Shown here: piece by piece, positions 48,421 to 61,122 of the stretch
Position numbering within the stretch: the stretch's first letter is position 1
Layout of the letters: every line of letters begins with the position of its first letter
From: Lama guanicoe
Taxonomy: Eukaryota
DNA: 64,000 nt
Assembly: GCA_013239625.1 (NCBI GenBank)
Contig: MU053873.1
Span: 882,524-946,523, forward strand
Reading direction: 5' to 3'
Translations under genes and position numbers: made by a program
Notes under the pieces: generated by a model
Databases searched by the model: none
What the model saw: the letters and a program-made list of their open reading frames with translations, nothing else
Told to the model about the DNA's origin: nothing

Positions 48421-48774
48421 ACGTGGAAAAAGCTGGCCAGCCAGCAGGACTCCACTGCTGGGGTGGCCCTCAGATTTGTGCAAAGTGAGCCATGGAAGGC
48501 GGACCAGGTCCCCCAACAAGGAGGACATCCAGCCATTGTACTCCGCTTCCTGGGATGGGCTACTGGGAAAGGGGCGTGTCCTTGGACAAGCTCTGGGCAG
48601 CTGTGGGATGGGTGCCTTGGACCTGAAGGGGGATCAGGGCAGTCCCCCTCAGAGCATCCGCCACAAGGTTCAAGTTTGTAGACAAGTATGCTACCTCTTA
48701 GACCTGCTTCCCTCCTCGTCCTCCTGGCTTTCAGACCCCATCCTTCTGGAAGCAGCCACAGTGGCTCTGGCTCT

Positions 48775-49339
48775 GCAGGAAGAGGAAATGGAGATATTGC
48801 TTGTGTTTGAGACATTTCCTTATAAGCCTCTGATAAAAGAAATTCTCACATGCTGAGGTATGGGGAAGTCATTCTGACTTATACATGAATTAACTTGAGT
48901 TTTACGCTAACTAGAACAGCCCTTTTGTGGCCTCTCAAGCACACATTGTACATCTGCTTTAATATTAAAGAAAAGGGCACATGGACCAGAAGTAAAGATA
49001 GGCTGTGTTAAAAATAAAGATTAAATGCCTCCCTTCCCAGGACGCCAATGCTGGTCCTCCTTCAATGGTAAGACTCCCTCCGCCAGTGCCAAGGTCATAC
49101 TGACTCACGGGTACATGCTGATCTGTTTTTTTTTTTTTTTTGAAACCTTGAAGGAATGTATCCCTGACTTGTTTGATGTTCTTTGTTATGACAAGATATC
49201 AGACTGTGCTGAAAACCGTGTTTCTCTGGAGCAGTTCCTCAGAGTCATCTGAGGCTGACTTCCTGGCTATCATCCCCATTTTGGCTAAAACTCTTTTCTA
49301 TTCCTACCACAGATTGTTTATTGGTTATTTTCATCAACA
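48775..49339 (+). mobile_element. Probable solo ERV LTR
   Basis: AT-richer block with LTR-like U3/R/U5 character ending in CAACA; no TSD seen, family not identified. Confidence 0.45.
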
Positions 49340-50106
49340 CGGCCATCTCCAGCCCCGAGGCTTCCAGGGAAACCCCGAGTCACGGGGCTGCGGAGAGAGG
49401 GGGCAGTTCAGCCGACCTCTCCAAGCCCGGAGCACCGGCTGCAGGAGCCAGCTGGAGGCGCACCTCGAAGGCCATTTGTCCTCCTACAACGGTGACAGCA
49501 AACTGGAGCTTGCATACGCCAGGCACTGGCTAACGCACCTCAGAAGCCTCAGCCTGGGATCCTCACAACCCAGACGGATAGGTGTTAAGATGCCTGCCGT
49601 ACGGAGGGGGACGCTGACTGCCACGGGTCTGGTGTTGCCAGGACCTGCCTTCACAGTTGGTTTGTTTTAACTCCCAGCAGCTCCCAGGACCAGAGAGATG
49701 AACAGAGATGGGCTTTGACAACCTTTGCCAGCATCTGGCTAGAAGATAGAAGAACTAGAAGGAAGCTATTTTAATTCCAACAGGCACGAAGGTTTGGGTC
49801 TAATGGTTAATTTTGTTTGTTCGTGTTGTGATTGGCTATGGGGAGGGGAGGGGGCAGTGCCACCTTGTCATCAGCAGCCTCTGCAGGTCTCAGCTGGCTG
49901 TGTCCAACACCACTGTCCTGAACTTCTCTGCAATCCCCACCCCATTGTCACCTTGGTTCTCTCTCTGGCCCAGCTCCCACAAGGGCCCAGTTACCCTCAG
50001 CAACTTCAGGTCCCCCAGCAAGGGGACAGCCAGCTTCTCTGAGTGGCCTCTGTCAGCAGTACCCCACACCCTGGACGCAAGGTCATCATACAGATACCTC
50101 TGGACG

Positions 50107-50270
50107 CAGGGCTGACTACATAATCTGTGGGGCCCAATGCAAAATGAAAACATGGGGTTCTATCTTTGAAAATTACTAAGAATTTCAAGATCATGACAGC
50201 AGAGCCAAGCATGGGACCCTTCTGAACGTGGGGCCCTGTGTCACTACAGAGGTAGCCCCCATATGAAGTG
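50107..50270 (+). mobile_element. hAT MITE (MER91-like)
   Basis: cagggc..tacataat..gtggggccca.tgcaaaatgaaaa..tgggg signature. Confidence 0.6.
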
Positions 50271-50741
50271 GGACCTGCTGGCTGCCACGAGTCCCTGCTG
50301 CTGAGAACTCCCCAGTACCCCGTGTTTGCTTTTCCCTTCTGTTCTTTATTTTCATTCTCTCTCCCCCTTTGCATCCTCTTTTCTGGAGAGCCAGCCAGGA
50401 CTCTTGGCTGGTGTGGCCTCCTCTTGACATCTTCAGGGCTATTGGGTTTCCCTTAACATTCATCTGGAAGATTCTGCCTCTTGCTCTGGCACCATCTTGT
50501 CCCTCTCCTGCTGAGGCTGGACTGATGTCAGGGACTTGAGCCACACGGGGTTTGGTTGCAAATCTGTGCCCTCTCTCCCTCCGACTTTTTCACTGGTGTT
50601 TCTCACACTGGGCCAGCCCTTTTCTCCAGCATCACTCTGTAGCTTCTCCGATGTGCTGAGTGACACCCACACTGGACTTCCCTCAGATCTTCGAGGCATT
50701 TCAGGCCCTGAAGACTATGAGACTATGAGATTTTGAATAGC

Positions 50742-51070
50742 TGTGGCAGAACAAATGCTGTGGATTCACGGATTTCTTTTCCCACACTTCCTCACTCACA
50801 AAAGGACTACATTTCCCAGAGGCCCTTGCATCCAGCTAAGCCCACGTGACCTGTTACAGCCAATGGGATGTGGGAGGAAGGGAAATGCAGGGGAGGAGTA
50901 CACTCCTGGGTCCTGCCCCTAAAGTCTCCTGGGGACCCTCTGCTCACACTCACTCCCCACTCTGCCTATTTATGACACTAAGGGTGCCTTGAATCCACAA
51001 GATGCTGGAGCTAAAGATGGAAGCAGTGCACGGCTGACTGCAGAAAGGAAGAAACACCCTTAGAAACTGC
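50742..51070 (+). mobile_element. Old MaLR LTR (MLT1H-K-like)
   Basis: tgtggcaga..., actacatttcccag..cccttgca..., gtgac...gccaatgggatgtgggaggaag. Confidence 0.55.
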
Positions 51071-52669
51071 CACCCAGACTGAGGGCCAGGGAACATGCCA
51101 AAAGATCTGCTTTCTTCCCATTTTTCCAGTCCAGTGCTTGCCACCAGCTTCAATTTTTTTCAGAACGTTCCATGCAGCCATGGTAACGGCACTGATGGTG
51201 GAGGCAAAGTCATGGCTGTGACTTGGGTATGAATTCTGCCTTCTGGGCCTCAGTTTCCCCATTGGAAAGAGGGAGGAGGCAGATCCTTTGCGAACCACCA
51301 GCCTCTCATAATGGGCTTCTAAACCTGGGGGATGACAGCTGCCCCTCTCACTTCCTCTGGATACCCCCAAGGGGCAAGCTGACCTGCGCACTCAGCTCCC
51401 CTGGGTAGCTCCTGTGACTTCGGCATTGCTTCTGGAAGTCTGAAGGGTGTAAACTGTCATTTGTATGAGTGAACACTGACAGACAGGGATAGCTGGGTGT
51501 GACTTTGAAGTTGCAAAGCCCTGGGTTTCAATCCCAGCTCTGCCACCACTCGCCAGCTCGATGACCTCGAGCAAGGGCTATATTCTGTCTGAAGAAGAGA
51601 ATCTACCCAGCCAGGATTAAATGAGACTTTAAAAGAAAAAAGCAGACTTTATTTCTCTGAGACTCAATTTCCGCATCTGTGAAGTGTGACTATAACCTAC
51701 CCTACAGGGTGGTTGGAGGGATTAAATGAAATCATATGCAGAGTGTTGAGTTTAGCAGGGAGCCTGGTCCTTGGGCATTTAATAAATGTCCACCACTGAT
51801 GTGACTAAGTACCTGCGCTTCAGCAAATAGCCCCTGTGGTGGGTGCGCCTTGCTCCTCCTGGCTCCGTGTACATACCCATCACTGGAGTCTCGCCCCGAG
51901 TGGTCTGAATGCTGGAGCTGCTCACAACCCTTCACCTGGTGTGGGGGCTGCGGTGTCGGGGGCTTTCTCGGGGTAAGCCCCTGTGCCTAATTCAGAGTTT
52001 TACAGATGTAACCGGTGTGCTTTACAGAGAGCAGTCCAAGGCCTCAAAAGCCCATCAAAAGCAACGTCACAGCAGAAGCCCACATTGGCCACCCCCCGAA
52101 CCTGCTGCAGACTCGTTGGCCGAAGATCAGACACCCTGATTGCTAAGGGTTAATTACAAACTTGGCGCCCATGTGCTTGGGAGAACTTGCAAGAGTCTTT
52201 CTTTTTTCTCTTTCCAAAGGCATAAACATTTGTACTGCAACTAGCCCAGGGGGGCCTGGAGATGTTTATTTTGTAGTTAACAAAGAGAAGGACCTTTTGG
52301 CTTGTGGGCCCAGTGTTCTGCTGGCCCCAGGGAGAAGCCTTTGAGAGGCCCTCCTGCACCAGCAGGTGCCTCTGGGGGTGGCTCAGGGTGGGGTGGGGCA
52401 GGCCAGCAGCTTGGACTGGGCCCTGGGGCCCCAGGTGACTTCTGCAAGCAGGGGAAGTGCTGCTTCTCAGGGCTTAGTCTGTCCTGGAAACACATCCTCC
52501 AGCTTTTGGACTCTTTAACAGAAGAAAGAAGTGCTTTCTTCTGAGTGGTGGGCCAGCGAGAGACAAATGTTGCTCTTTGTTTTTTACACTTTCCAATTTT
52601 TTTCGGATAATCTAATGAACATTTTTCCCCCTGCAACATTGCACATTTAATTCAAGAATATAAAAGATT

Positions 52670-52813
52670 TGTGGGGGAGGGTATAGCTCAAGTGGTAGAG
52701 CACATGCTTAGCATACACCAGGTCCTAGGTTCAATCCCCAGTGCCTCCTCCGAAAGTAAGTAAATAAATAGACCTAATTACCTCCCCATCACCCTGCCAA
52801 AAAAAAAAAAAAA
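52670..52813 (+). mobile_element. tRNA-Ala-derived SINE, full length
   Basis: A and B boxes, polyA, TSD AAGAATATAAAA(G/C)ATT at 52654-52669 and 52814-52829. Confidence 0.9.
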
Positions 52814-53783
52814 AAGAATATAAAACATTCAAGTTACATGTAAGTACATCAAATAAAATATGTTGAATGGTGACGTAAAATTTCATAGCATACAGGTAGG
52901 ATAATTTATCTGCTCACTCCTCTGCTGATGGAATTCCTTTTATAAGCAGAAAAAAATGATGCTCTTAAATAAAGACCTTCCCGTTGTTGGATCCCATGGA
53001 TGCGGAGCACGTGCCTTCTGTACAGACAGTTTGAGAGCTTCTAGGTGTCACGGTGTGAGTGCAAGTCCTTGGTTAGCGACCAGGTTCAGGGCCCGGAGCT
53101 CTGCTGGAGACGGCGCTCGGGGCCGACGTTCTGCCGCAGCTCTCAGATCTTACCACTGGGCGGCGCTGGTGAGCAAGGCTGAGCTGGGGCGGTTCCGACA
53201 GGGACAGCGAGGGCGCAGGAGGCACGTCCCGCTGAGCTGAGGGCGAGCTGGGCCTGGGGGCTTAGCCTGCCTGTTGGCCCACTTGGGGCCAGGAGGGAAA
53301 CAGAAGGACATCTAAATTCTACATTTATTCCTGGCCTGATGCAACAGTTAAAGAAATCCACTGCAAGCAGGAGGCAAGCAGAGAAGGGTATTTCCATTCA
53401 ATAGATAATGTCCTTGAGAAGGTAACGGCCAGCAGGTATTTTTATAAAACAGGGCCACATATGGAATGTACTGGGGAAATTAGCTACTTAAAGGAACCGA
53501 GTCAGTAATTATTTTCTGAGAGAACTGACCTTACTTCATGTATTGTGTGCTTAGAGTTTGATAAACAGGGTTTCAATCCCAAAAGCAGGGCACATCTGAG
53601 GACCCTGTGCTCTTGGTGGTCCCATGAGGTCTGGGTGCAGGACCATGTGACTTGACTTCCATTTGCAGAGTCGGGACTAGGGCCCAGGCCTTTGACATGT
53701 AGACCCCCTCCGGACCTCTGTGGCTAGAGTGTCACTGCCCTTTGTTTACTGATGAAAACCATTAAAATGCCAGGGACAGAGCT

Positions 53784-55700
53784 AAAATCAGTTGCATTTC
53801 TTTACACTAACGATAAATCAACAGAAAAAGAAAGTAAAGAAACAATCCCCTTTAAAATAGCACCCAAAGTAATAAAATATCTGGGAATAAATCTAACCAA
53901 GGAGGCGAAAGAATTATACACAGAAAACTATAAACCATTGATGAAGGAAATTAAAGAAGACTTTAAAAAATGGAAAGATATTCCATGCTCTTGGATTGGA
54001 AGAATCAATATTGTTAAAATGGTCACACTGCCCAAGGCAATCTACAGATTTAATGCAATCCCTATCCAATTATCCAGGACATATTTCACAGAACTAGAAC
54101 AAATCATAATAAAATTTATATGGAACCATCAAAGACCTAGAATTGCTAAAGCATTACTGAAGAGAAAGAAAGAGGCTGGAGGAATAACTCTCCCAGACTT
54201 CAGACAATACTATAGAGCTACAGTCATCAAGACAGCATGGTATTGGTACCAAAACAGACATATAGACCAATGGAACAGAATAGAGAGCCCAGAAATGAAC
54301 CCACAAACTTTTGGTCAACTCATCTTCGACAAAGGAGGCAAGAATATACAATGGAATAAAGACAGTCTCTTCAGCAAATGGTGTTGGGAAAACTGGACAG
54401 CAGCATGTAAAACAATGAAGCTAGAACACACCCTTACACCATATACAAAAATCAACTCAAAATGGATTAAAGACTTAAACATAAGACAAGATACAATAAA
54501 CCTCCTAGAGGAAAACATAGGCAAAACATTATCTGACATACATTTCAAAAATTTTCTCCTAGAAGAAATAAAAGCAAGAATAAACAAATGGGACCTAATG
54601 AAACTTACAAGCTTCTGCAGAGCAAAGGAAACCAGAAATAAAACAAGAAGAAAACCTACGGAATGGGAGAAAATTTTTGCAAGTGAAACCGACAAAGGCT
54701 TGATCTCCAAAATATATAAGCAGCTCATACGACTCAATAAGAAAAAAATAAACAACCCAATCCAAAAATGGGCAGAAGACCTAAACAAGCAATTCTCCAA
54801 GGAAGACATACAAATGATCAAAAAGCACATGAAAAAATGTTCAATATCACTAATTATCAGAGAAATGCAAATCAAAACTACAATGAGGTATCACCTCACA
54901 CCAGTCAGAATGGCCGTCATTCAAAAATCCAAAAATGACAAATGCTGGAGAGGCTGTGGAGAAAGGGGAACCCTCCTACACTGCTGGTGGGAATGCAGTT
55001 TGGTGCAGCCACTATGGAAAACAGTGTGGAGATTCCTCAAAAGACTAGGAATAGACTTACCATATGACCCAGGAATCCCACTCCTGGGCTTGTATCCAGA
55101 AGGAAATCTACTTCAGGATGACACCTGCACCCCAATGTTCATAGCAGCACTATTTACAATAGCCAAAACATGGAAACAGCCTAAATGTCCATCAACAGGT
55201 GACTGGATAAAGAAGAGGTGGTATATTTATACAATGGAATACTACTCAGCCATAAAAACCGACAACATAATGCCATTTGCAGCAACATGGATGCTCCTAG
55301 AGAATGTCATTCTAAGTGAAGTAAGCCAGAAAGAGAAAGAAAAATACCATATGAGATCGCTCATATGTGGAATCTAAAAAACAAAAACAAACAAACAAAC
55401 AAAAACAAAGCATAAATACAGGACAGAAATAGACTCATGGACAGAGAATACAGACTTGTGGTTACCAGGGGGGTAGAGGGTGGGAAGGGATAGACTGGGA
55501 TTTCAAAATTGTAGAATAGATAAACAAGATTACACTGTATAGCACAGGGAAATATACACAAAATGTTATGATAAATCACAGAGAAAAAAATGTGACAATG
55601 AGTGTGTATATGTCCATGAATGACTGAAAAATTGTGCTGAACACTGGAATTTGACACAACATTGTAAAATGATTATAAATCAATAAAAAATGTTAAAAAA
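53784..55700 (+). mobile_element. Young 5'-truncated LINE-1: uninterrupted ORF2 C-terminal half (stop at 55377), 3' UTR, A tail
   Basis: [35 protein letters not shown] and the CCHC motif [18 protein letters not shown]; lacks the EN domain and the RT catalytic core. Confidence 0.95.
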
Positions 55701-56787
55701 TCATTATTATATTATTTAATCTTCACAACAACCCTACAAGAAGCTACTGTTACACCTATCTTACAGATGAGTAAACGGAGGTTAGGAAGGTAAAGCAACT
55801 TGCCTGAGGTCCATGAACTGGTGATGGCTGAACCCACATTGAACCCAGTCCCCACAAGTCCAGAGCTCATAGTCCTAACGCTCCTCTGATGAGGAATCAG
55901 GCTTCCTCTGTGAAGCTGCGTCGCCTGGCCAAGGTTGCGAATGCAGGTGTGACGGCGAGCCCGCCTCCTCCTCCCACCCCTCGCGCTGCTGCCTGCCTCA
56001 GCCCCAGCTTCCAGCCCCTGCCGCCCCAAACGAGACACAGGTGCCGCCTGGGCATCAGCGGGGGAGGCGTGGAGTCGGAGAGAGTTGAACAGATTCTTTG
56101 CTAAGACCCTTTGCTAAGAGATATGATGGTAAATCTCACCCAAGCAAGGCTGCATGTGAAAGGGCCACCCTGCCCGCCTCACCGAACTGAGAAGGCCAGT
56201 TTCTAGGAGACTGGGGCTCCCTACATGGGAAAGGGAAGTGGTTTCAGCTGAACATTTGGCTGGGAGCCTGGCTCGTGGTTCCAACTCATGGGTATTAGCA
56301 GAGGAGAACGAGGCATTGCTGAGGGTGGCAAATTGGTTATAATGAAGAGAACCTGGGAGACGCGAAACAATGTGAGGGCCACCAGCTGGCCTGGATCTGG
56401 GGCCTCTGTCTCTGGAGGATGGGCTCAGGAAAGCAGCCGCCCTCCCCTGCAGTGCAGCCATTCAAGCTAAGAGCCTCTCACCCATCTGCCCTCCCTCCCG
56501 CTCCCAGGGGCAGAGAGCTGCCATGTGCTCTGGGACCCCCTTTCTGCCCACCAGCACCTTTTCCTTCCTTTTCTCCACCATTTAAACTCACCGGGCTTGT
56601 CTCTTAGGTAAACAAACAGGCTTGGAGGTGGGTTCATGTCCCAGTTCCTGTGCTGTGCTTCTTGAAGGAGTTATTTAACCTCTCTGAGCCTCAGTGTCCT
56701 CATCTGACAAATGGGGATAATAACCAGGCCTAATCCATCCAGCTGTTGTGAGCATTAAGTAGGATACAGGAAGAGTGGTTGGCAAGG

Positions 56788-57219
56788 TGCAGGGGTTGGC
56801 CTGGGGGCTTGCCGCCTGTTTCTGTACAGACTGTGAGGTAAGAATGGTTTTTACATTGTTTTAATTGTTGGGGAAAAATCAAAAGGATATTGAGTGACAT
56901 GTGAAAGTTATATAAAATCCACATTCCAGTGTCCACTAATTAATTTTTTTATTGGAACACAACCTGCCATTTGTTTATATATTGTCTGTGGCTGTTTATG
57001 TGCAGGCCTCGGTGCCCACCTCCCGCTGCCCATCTCCATGCTTCAGAGTCACGGCACAGATTGAGGACTTGCAGTGGTGGGGTCCCTGGAGGCCCCTGTG
57101 GCTGTGCCCCCATCCAGTGCAGGCAGAGTTGAGAGGTTGTGACAGATCAGAGACTGTATGGCCCACAAAGGGGCCCCTACTATTTAGTCCTTTGCAGGAA
57201 AAGTTTGCTAACTCTTGGC
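56788..57219 (+). mobile_element. hAT-Charlie MITE (MER58B-like)
   Basis: caggggttggc start, aagaatggtttttacatt, ttattggaacac, ends gaaaagtttgctaactcttg. Confidence 0.72.
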
Positions 57220-60200
57220 ATAAGTAGCTGACACTGGATCAGTGATCAGTAGAATGCATCCATTGTTATTATTATTATTACTCTTTTGGTCTAGTTTTAA
57301 CTTCCAGGTACCATTGCTTAATGGAGAGATTCCGAACCTGAAGTCCATGGAAGGGTTTCAGGGTGTGGGAGGGGGTCTGAATCTCCAGAATTTCCATCTA
57401 GTTTTTTGTAGGCGAGGTCTTTTGGGGAAGAGCTTGATAACATTCATCTGATTCTCAAAGGGGTCTGTGTTCTCAAATAGGTAAAGGAATGTAGGTTTGA
57501 TCCCTTCTTCGCCCCAAGCAAATTGATCTGTACTCTCCCTGGGCTGTCTGGAGGCAACATCGATGATATTTGGGGGAGATATTTGGGGGCCTTGGGGCCT
57601 CCCTCAGAGCCCACCCCCCGCCAGGTGGGAGGGGCCTGCAGAGCAACAGGAACCAGGACCCCTGGCTTTGGAGCCAGCAGACGCGGGCTGAAGCCTGGCC
57701 TTGCCCTCCACTGGCTGGGCTGCCTCTCTGGGCCTTGGGCCCCGGCCGGGTTATCCCGCGGGTGCCTGGAGGGCTGAGCAGGGTCCGGGACACACGGGAA
57801 CTGCAGGAATGGTAGCTGCTAGTATTCTCATCATCATCTTGCACATTCAAAAGCTCTTTGTGCAGATCACCTGGGGCCCATAAAAAGCTGCCCCGTATTT
57901 GGCTAAGAATGAAGTTTGAGTTCCCATCGGTTGTTCTTGATCCGATTTTATCTTTGGTACGAGCAACCAAGGCGAGTTCATCAGACATCTTCTCATGATC
58001 GATATGCAAACAGCAGGCCCGCAATTAAGTTTTTAGAAGTTCAGTGGCTTCATTTGAACAGAGACAATGGTACACGTTCCTGAGAGCGAAATAAGTGAGA
58101 TCTGAAGCCTCTCTATTGCAAGAGCCTTGGCTGTTTCGAGTCTTTCCGTTTTTACACTCAAGCAGTTACTCTGGACCTCGAGCTTGGATCTGTCTTCCCT
58201 CTAAATGCTTCTCCATGGAGCCCAGTTTCCCAGCCCAGTCATCCACAGCTGGCAGGTTCATTCCAGAGCCCAGTGACTACCACCGAGAGGGCCGCGGGTG
58301 TCCCTGCCACCAGGCTGTCCTGGAGACAGGCCTCCCGGACACTGGCTGGTTCACAGCCAGCACAGCCGGGTGCTGCCGCCTCCAGTTGCTGGGCGTGGCC
58401 CCATTCAACAGGGGCCTGGTGGCTCCAGACAACAGCTGGAGACCAGAAAGGAAGACTTCCAGCTACAAGCAAATGTTGCTGCTTCTTGAAGTTGAAATAT
58501 TCTATCCCCAAAGTGTCCCTTTCAGCCAAGCAAAAACAAGCCCCCATGAGGACCCGACCCCACCACAGAGGAACAAAAGCTTCCCAGTTCTCTGAGTCCC
58601 AGAGACTGTCTGCCGTTTCAAGCACGCACAGCCCAGTGGGGAGAGGCGATGACCACGTGATTTCCAAGCTTGGAGACAAGGTCACCCTTGTCTAGCCCTT
58701 GTCTCGGCAGGAGGAAGAGCCCTGATTCCCTGACAGGGCGAGGCCGGTGCTGCCCTGGTGCTGGCTCCCAGGGGGCGGGTCCCGCAGGGTCCCCATCTCT
58801 CAGGATCGGGGGAAACAAGGAGGGGAGGTCAAGGTTAGTGGTCCCCAAAGTCCACTCACATGGATTTGTGAGGCTCTTCCCAGCCCTGCTCTAGGAAGCA
58901 CAGTTGCTCATTCTGGCTGTATTTATTTTTCTGTTGCAGGCGGAATCTGTGTCTAAGTTCCCCAGCGAGGCTGCCCCATTTGTTTTCTGCCAGCCATTAA
59001 AAATATTTTCCTTCAGGGAAGGGAAGAGCTTCTGTGAAAGAGAGAAGGCAAGCTCAGAGAAGATAAACACCCATGTGAAGCTGGCCTTTAAGGTGCCACC
59101 ATATTGCAAAGGACACAGCAGGTTAGGGCTGGCCGCACAGACGAAGGCCAAGGTCCGGAAGGGCGAGGGCAGCAGGAGACGGAGGGGCACAAACCCTGCG
59201 TAAGCAGTGTGCCTTCCGGAGAGGCATCTGGAATGACTGCTCTGCCGCACAGCTTCTTCCCCACCCCTCTCCGACCTTCAAAGTTGAGTAACAAATGCAC
59301 TGTGAACGGTGAAGGGAGCAGCCACCGGAACCTTCATTTCAGAAGCGAAGGTAACCACCAACCAGACTTCTCAGACAAGCTACAAGGGTTGTCACACTTC
59401 AGTGAGTGTCAGCATCTCTCAGAAGCTTCCCTGGGGTTCCCGCAGGTCTGGGGTGGGGCCCAGGAACCCGCATGCAGAACGAGCACACCAGGGATTCTGA
59501 GGCAAGCGGCCCAGGCACCTCTCTGAGAGACATGTCTGTGTCTAAGGCGGAGGTCATGTATCCCCTTTCCTTCCTGCCTGGACCAGGCAGTTTAGAAGCT
59601 TGGCTTCTGGGGCTGCCCCCTCTCCTGCCCAGGCTCCCCCTCATCTGCCTGAGTGTGTCCTGAGACAGTGTCCTCAGCTGCCTCCTGGATGGCCCCACAC
59701 ACACCCTGGGATGTTATCCGTGCCTGTTTCCATGGGCCGTGGTCCCCAGGCCTGACCCTGGGGCTCAGGCTGCCTGTCCTGGGCCCACTGGCAGCGCTGC
59801 CTCAATTCCTGCCGGGACATCCCTGGATGCTCCAGCCCAAACAGAATTCAGCACGTTTCCTCTCACACCCGGCACCCATTACGTCCTTTATGGCAAGAAT
59901 GGCCCCTCTCTCCCCAGCACCAGGTCAGAACACTTGGCATCACCCTAGACACTTGTTCTTAATCCCCCAGCGCTACTGCAGAATAACAAGAAGCACCTTC
60001 CAGCTACTGAAGACATACCACAGCTAATGACTCAGCACGACTCCATGAGGGAAGTATGATAATTGTCCCCCCCGTGACAGATGAGAACAGGCACACGGGG
60101 TAGGGGGACCACTTGCCCAAGGTCATGTGGCATGTGGTAGGGGTGGGGTGTGAGCACGGCCCCGGCCTGAGGAAGTGGCCAGCTGTCTGTCTCTCAGTCC

Positions 60201-61116
60201 CTTCCCTCCCTCCGCAGCGCTGGTCTGGGGGCCGGGCAGGCCCTCAGCATCTCCCTCTGCCCCGCGGGTCGATGAGCCTCCTGAATGGCATCCTCACCCT
60301 CGGTCTTACCCGACTCTGATCTGTTTTCCTGAATGCAAGTGGGACATCGTTCTAAACTGGGAATCTGACACTGCTCCCCACCGGAACCCTTCAAAGGCTC
60401 CCCATTTCACACCCCCGGCCTCACAGGGCGTGAACAGTGGGAGCTGAATCCCGCAGGCTGACTGGGGGCCAGGCTCTCAGTTACTGCCCCTCGCTCCTGT
60501 CTGAGCCTCAGCTTCTTCATCCGAAAACAGGGACGAGAGCCCAGCTGGAGGGGCTGCTGGGGCGCATGGCGCCGCAGGGGAGAGGGCCGGGCACAGGGTG
60601 GGCTGCTACCCGTATATCATATATCGTTAAAAAGGAAGAGGTGGGGAGGGAAAGGGAAAGGGAAAGGAGCTGGCTGCTCTGCGAGGCAGGGGGGCCACAC
60701 GGGGCAATAATTACACAGCACTTAAGCCTTCACGACCTGCTGAGCCAAAGGGACCGCTGCATTTTACAGGAGGGGAGGCTGGACTGACTGACTGACTCGC
60801 GGTCACTTCAGACCTCAGCTTTCTGAGCTCAAAGCCCCGTGTCCTTCCCGCGGCCTGCCCTGTCTCCGCCGAGTGTCGTGTTGGTTGGGAATCCAAGTCT
60901 TCAGATCTTACCGGCCGGAGAGCAGCTGTGGGTCGGAGGTGTGCGGAGCTGAGGGATCTGGAGACCCTGCCAGGAAGGACTGAGTGGGCGTTTGTACAGA
61001 GATAGAAGGAGCACGTGGTCTCCAGCCCGAGACACCTTCCTGGGCCCGGGGCTCCGGGAGCCTCCCATAAACACGACAACCCAGGGCCCAGCGCTGTTTC
61101 TACAACAATGAGAATA

Positions 61117-61122
61117 TTTATT
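61117..61122 (-). terminator. Polyadenylation signal of the upstream minus-strand gene (probably KREMEN1); about 61100-64000 would be its 3' UTR
   Basis: AATAAA at the end of an AU-rich block, GU-rich downstream element at 61069-61080, second AATAAA at 61280-61285. Gene identity comes only from recalled human synteny; no coding exon is in the window. Confidence 0.55.

Noticed and set aside
11259..52813. tRNA-Ala-like sequences as real tRNA genes
   Set aside because: They have polyA tails, TSDs and degenerate stems, so they are SINEs.
54315..54875. 186-aa hydrophobic minus-strand ORF
   Set aside because: It is the usual antisense frame of L1 ORF2.
53755..55706. AAAA(C/T)CATTA as the TSD of the young L1
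   Set aside because: It is short, imperfect and about 19 nt away from the 5' junction.
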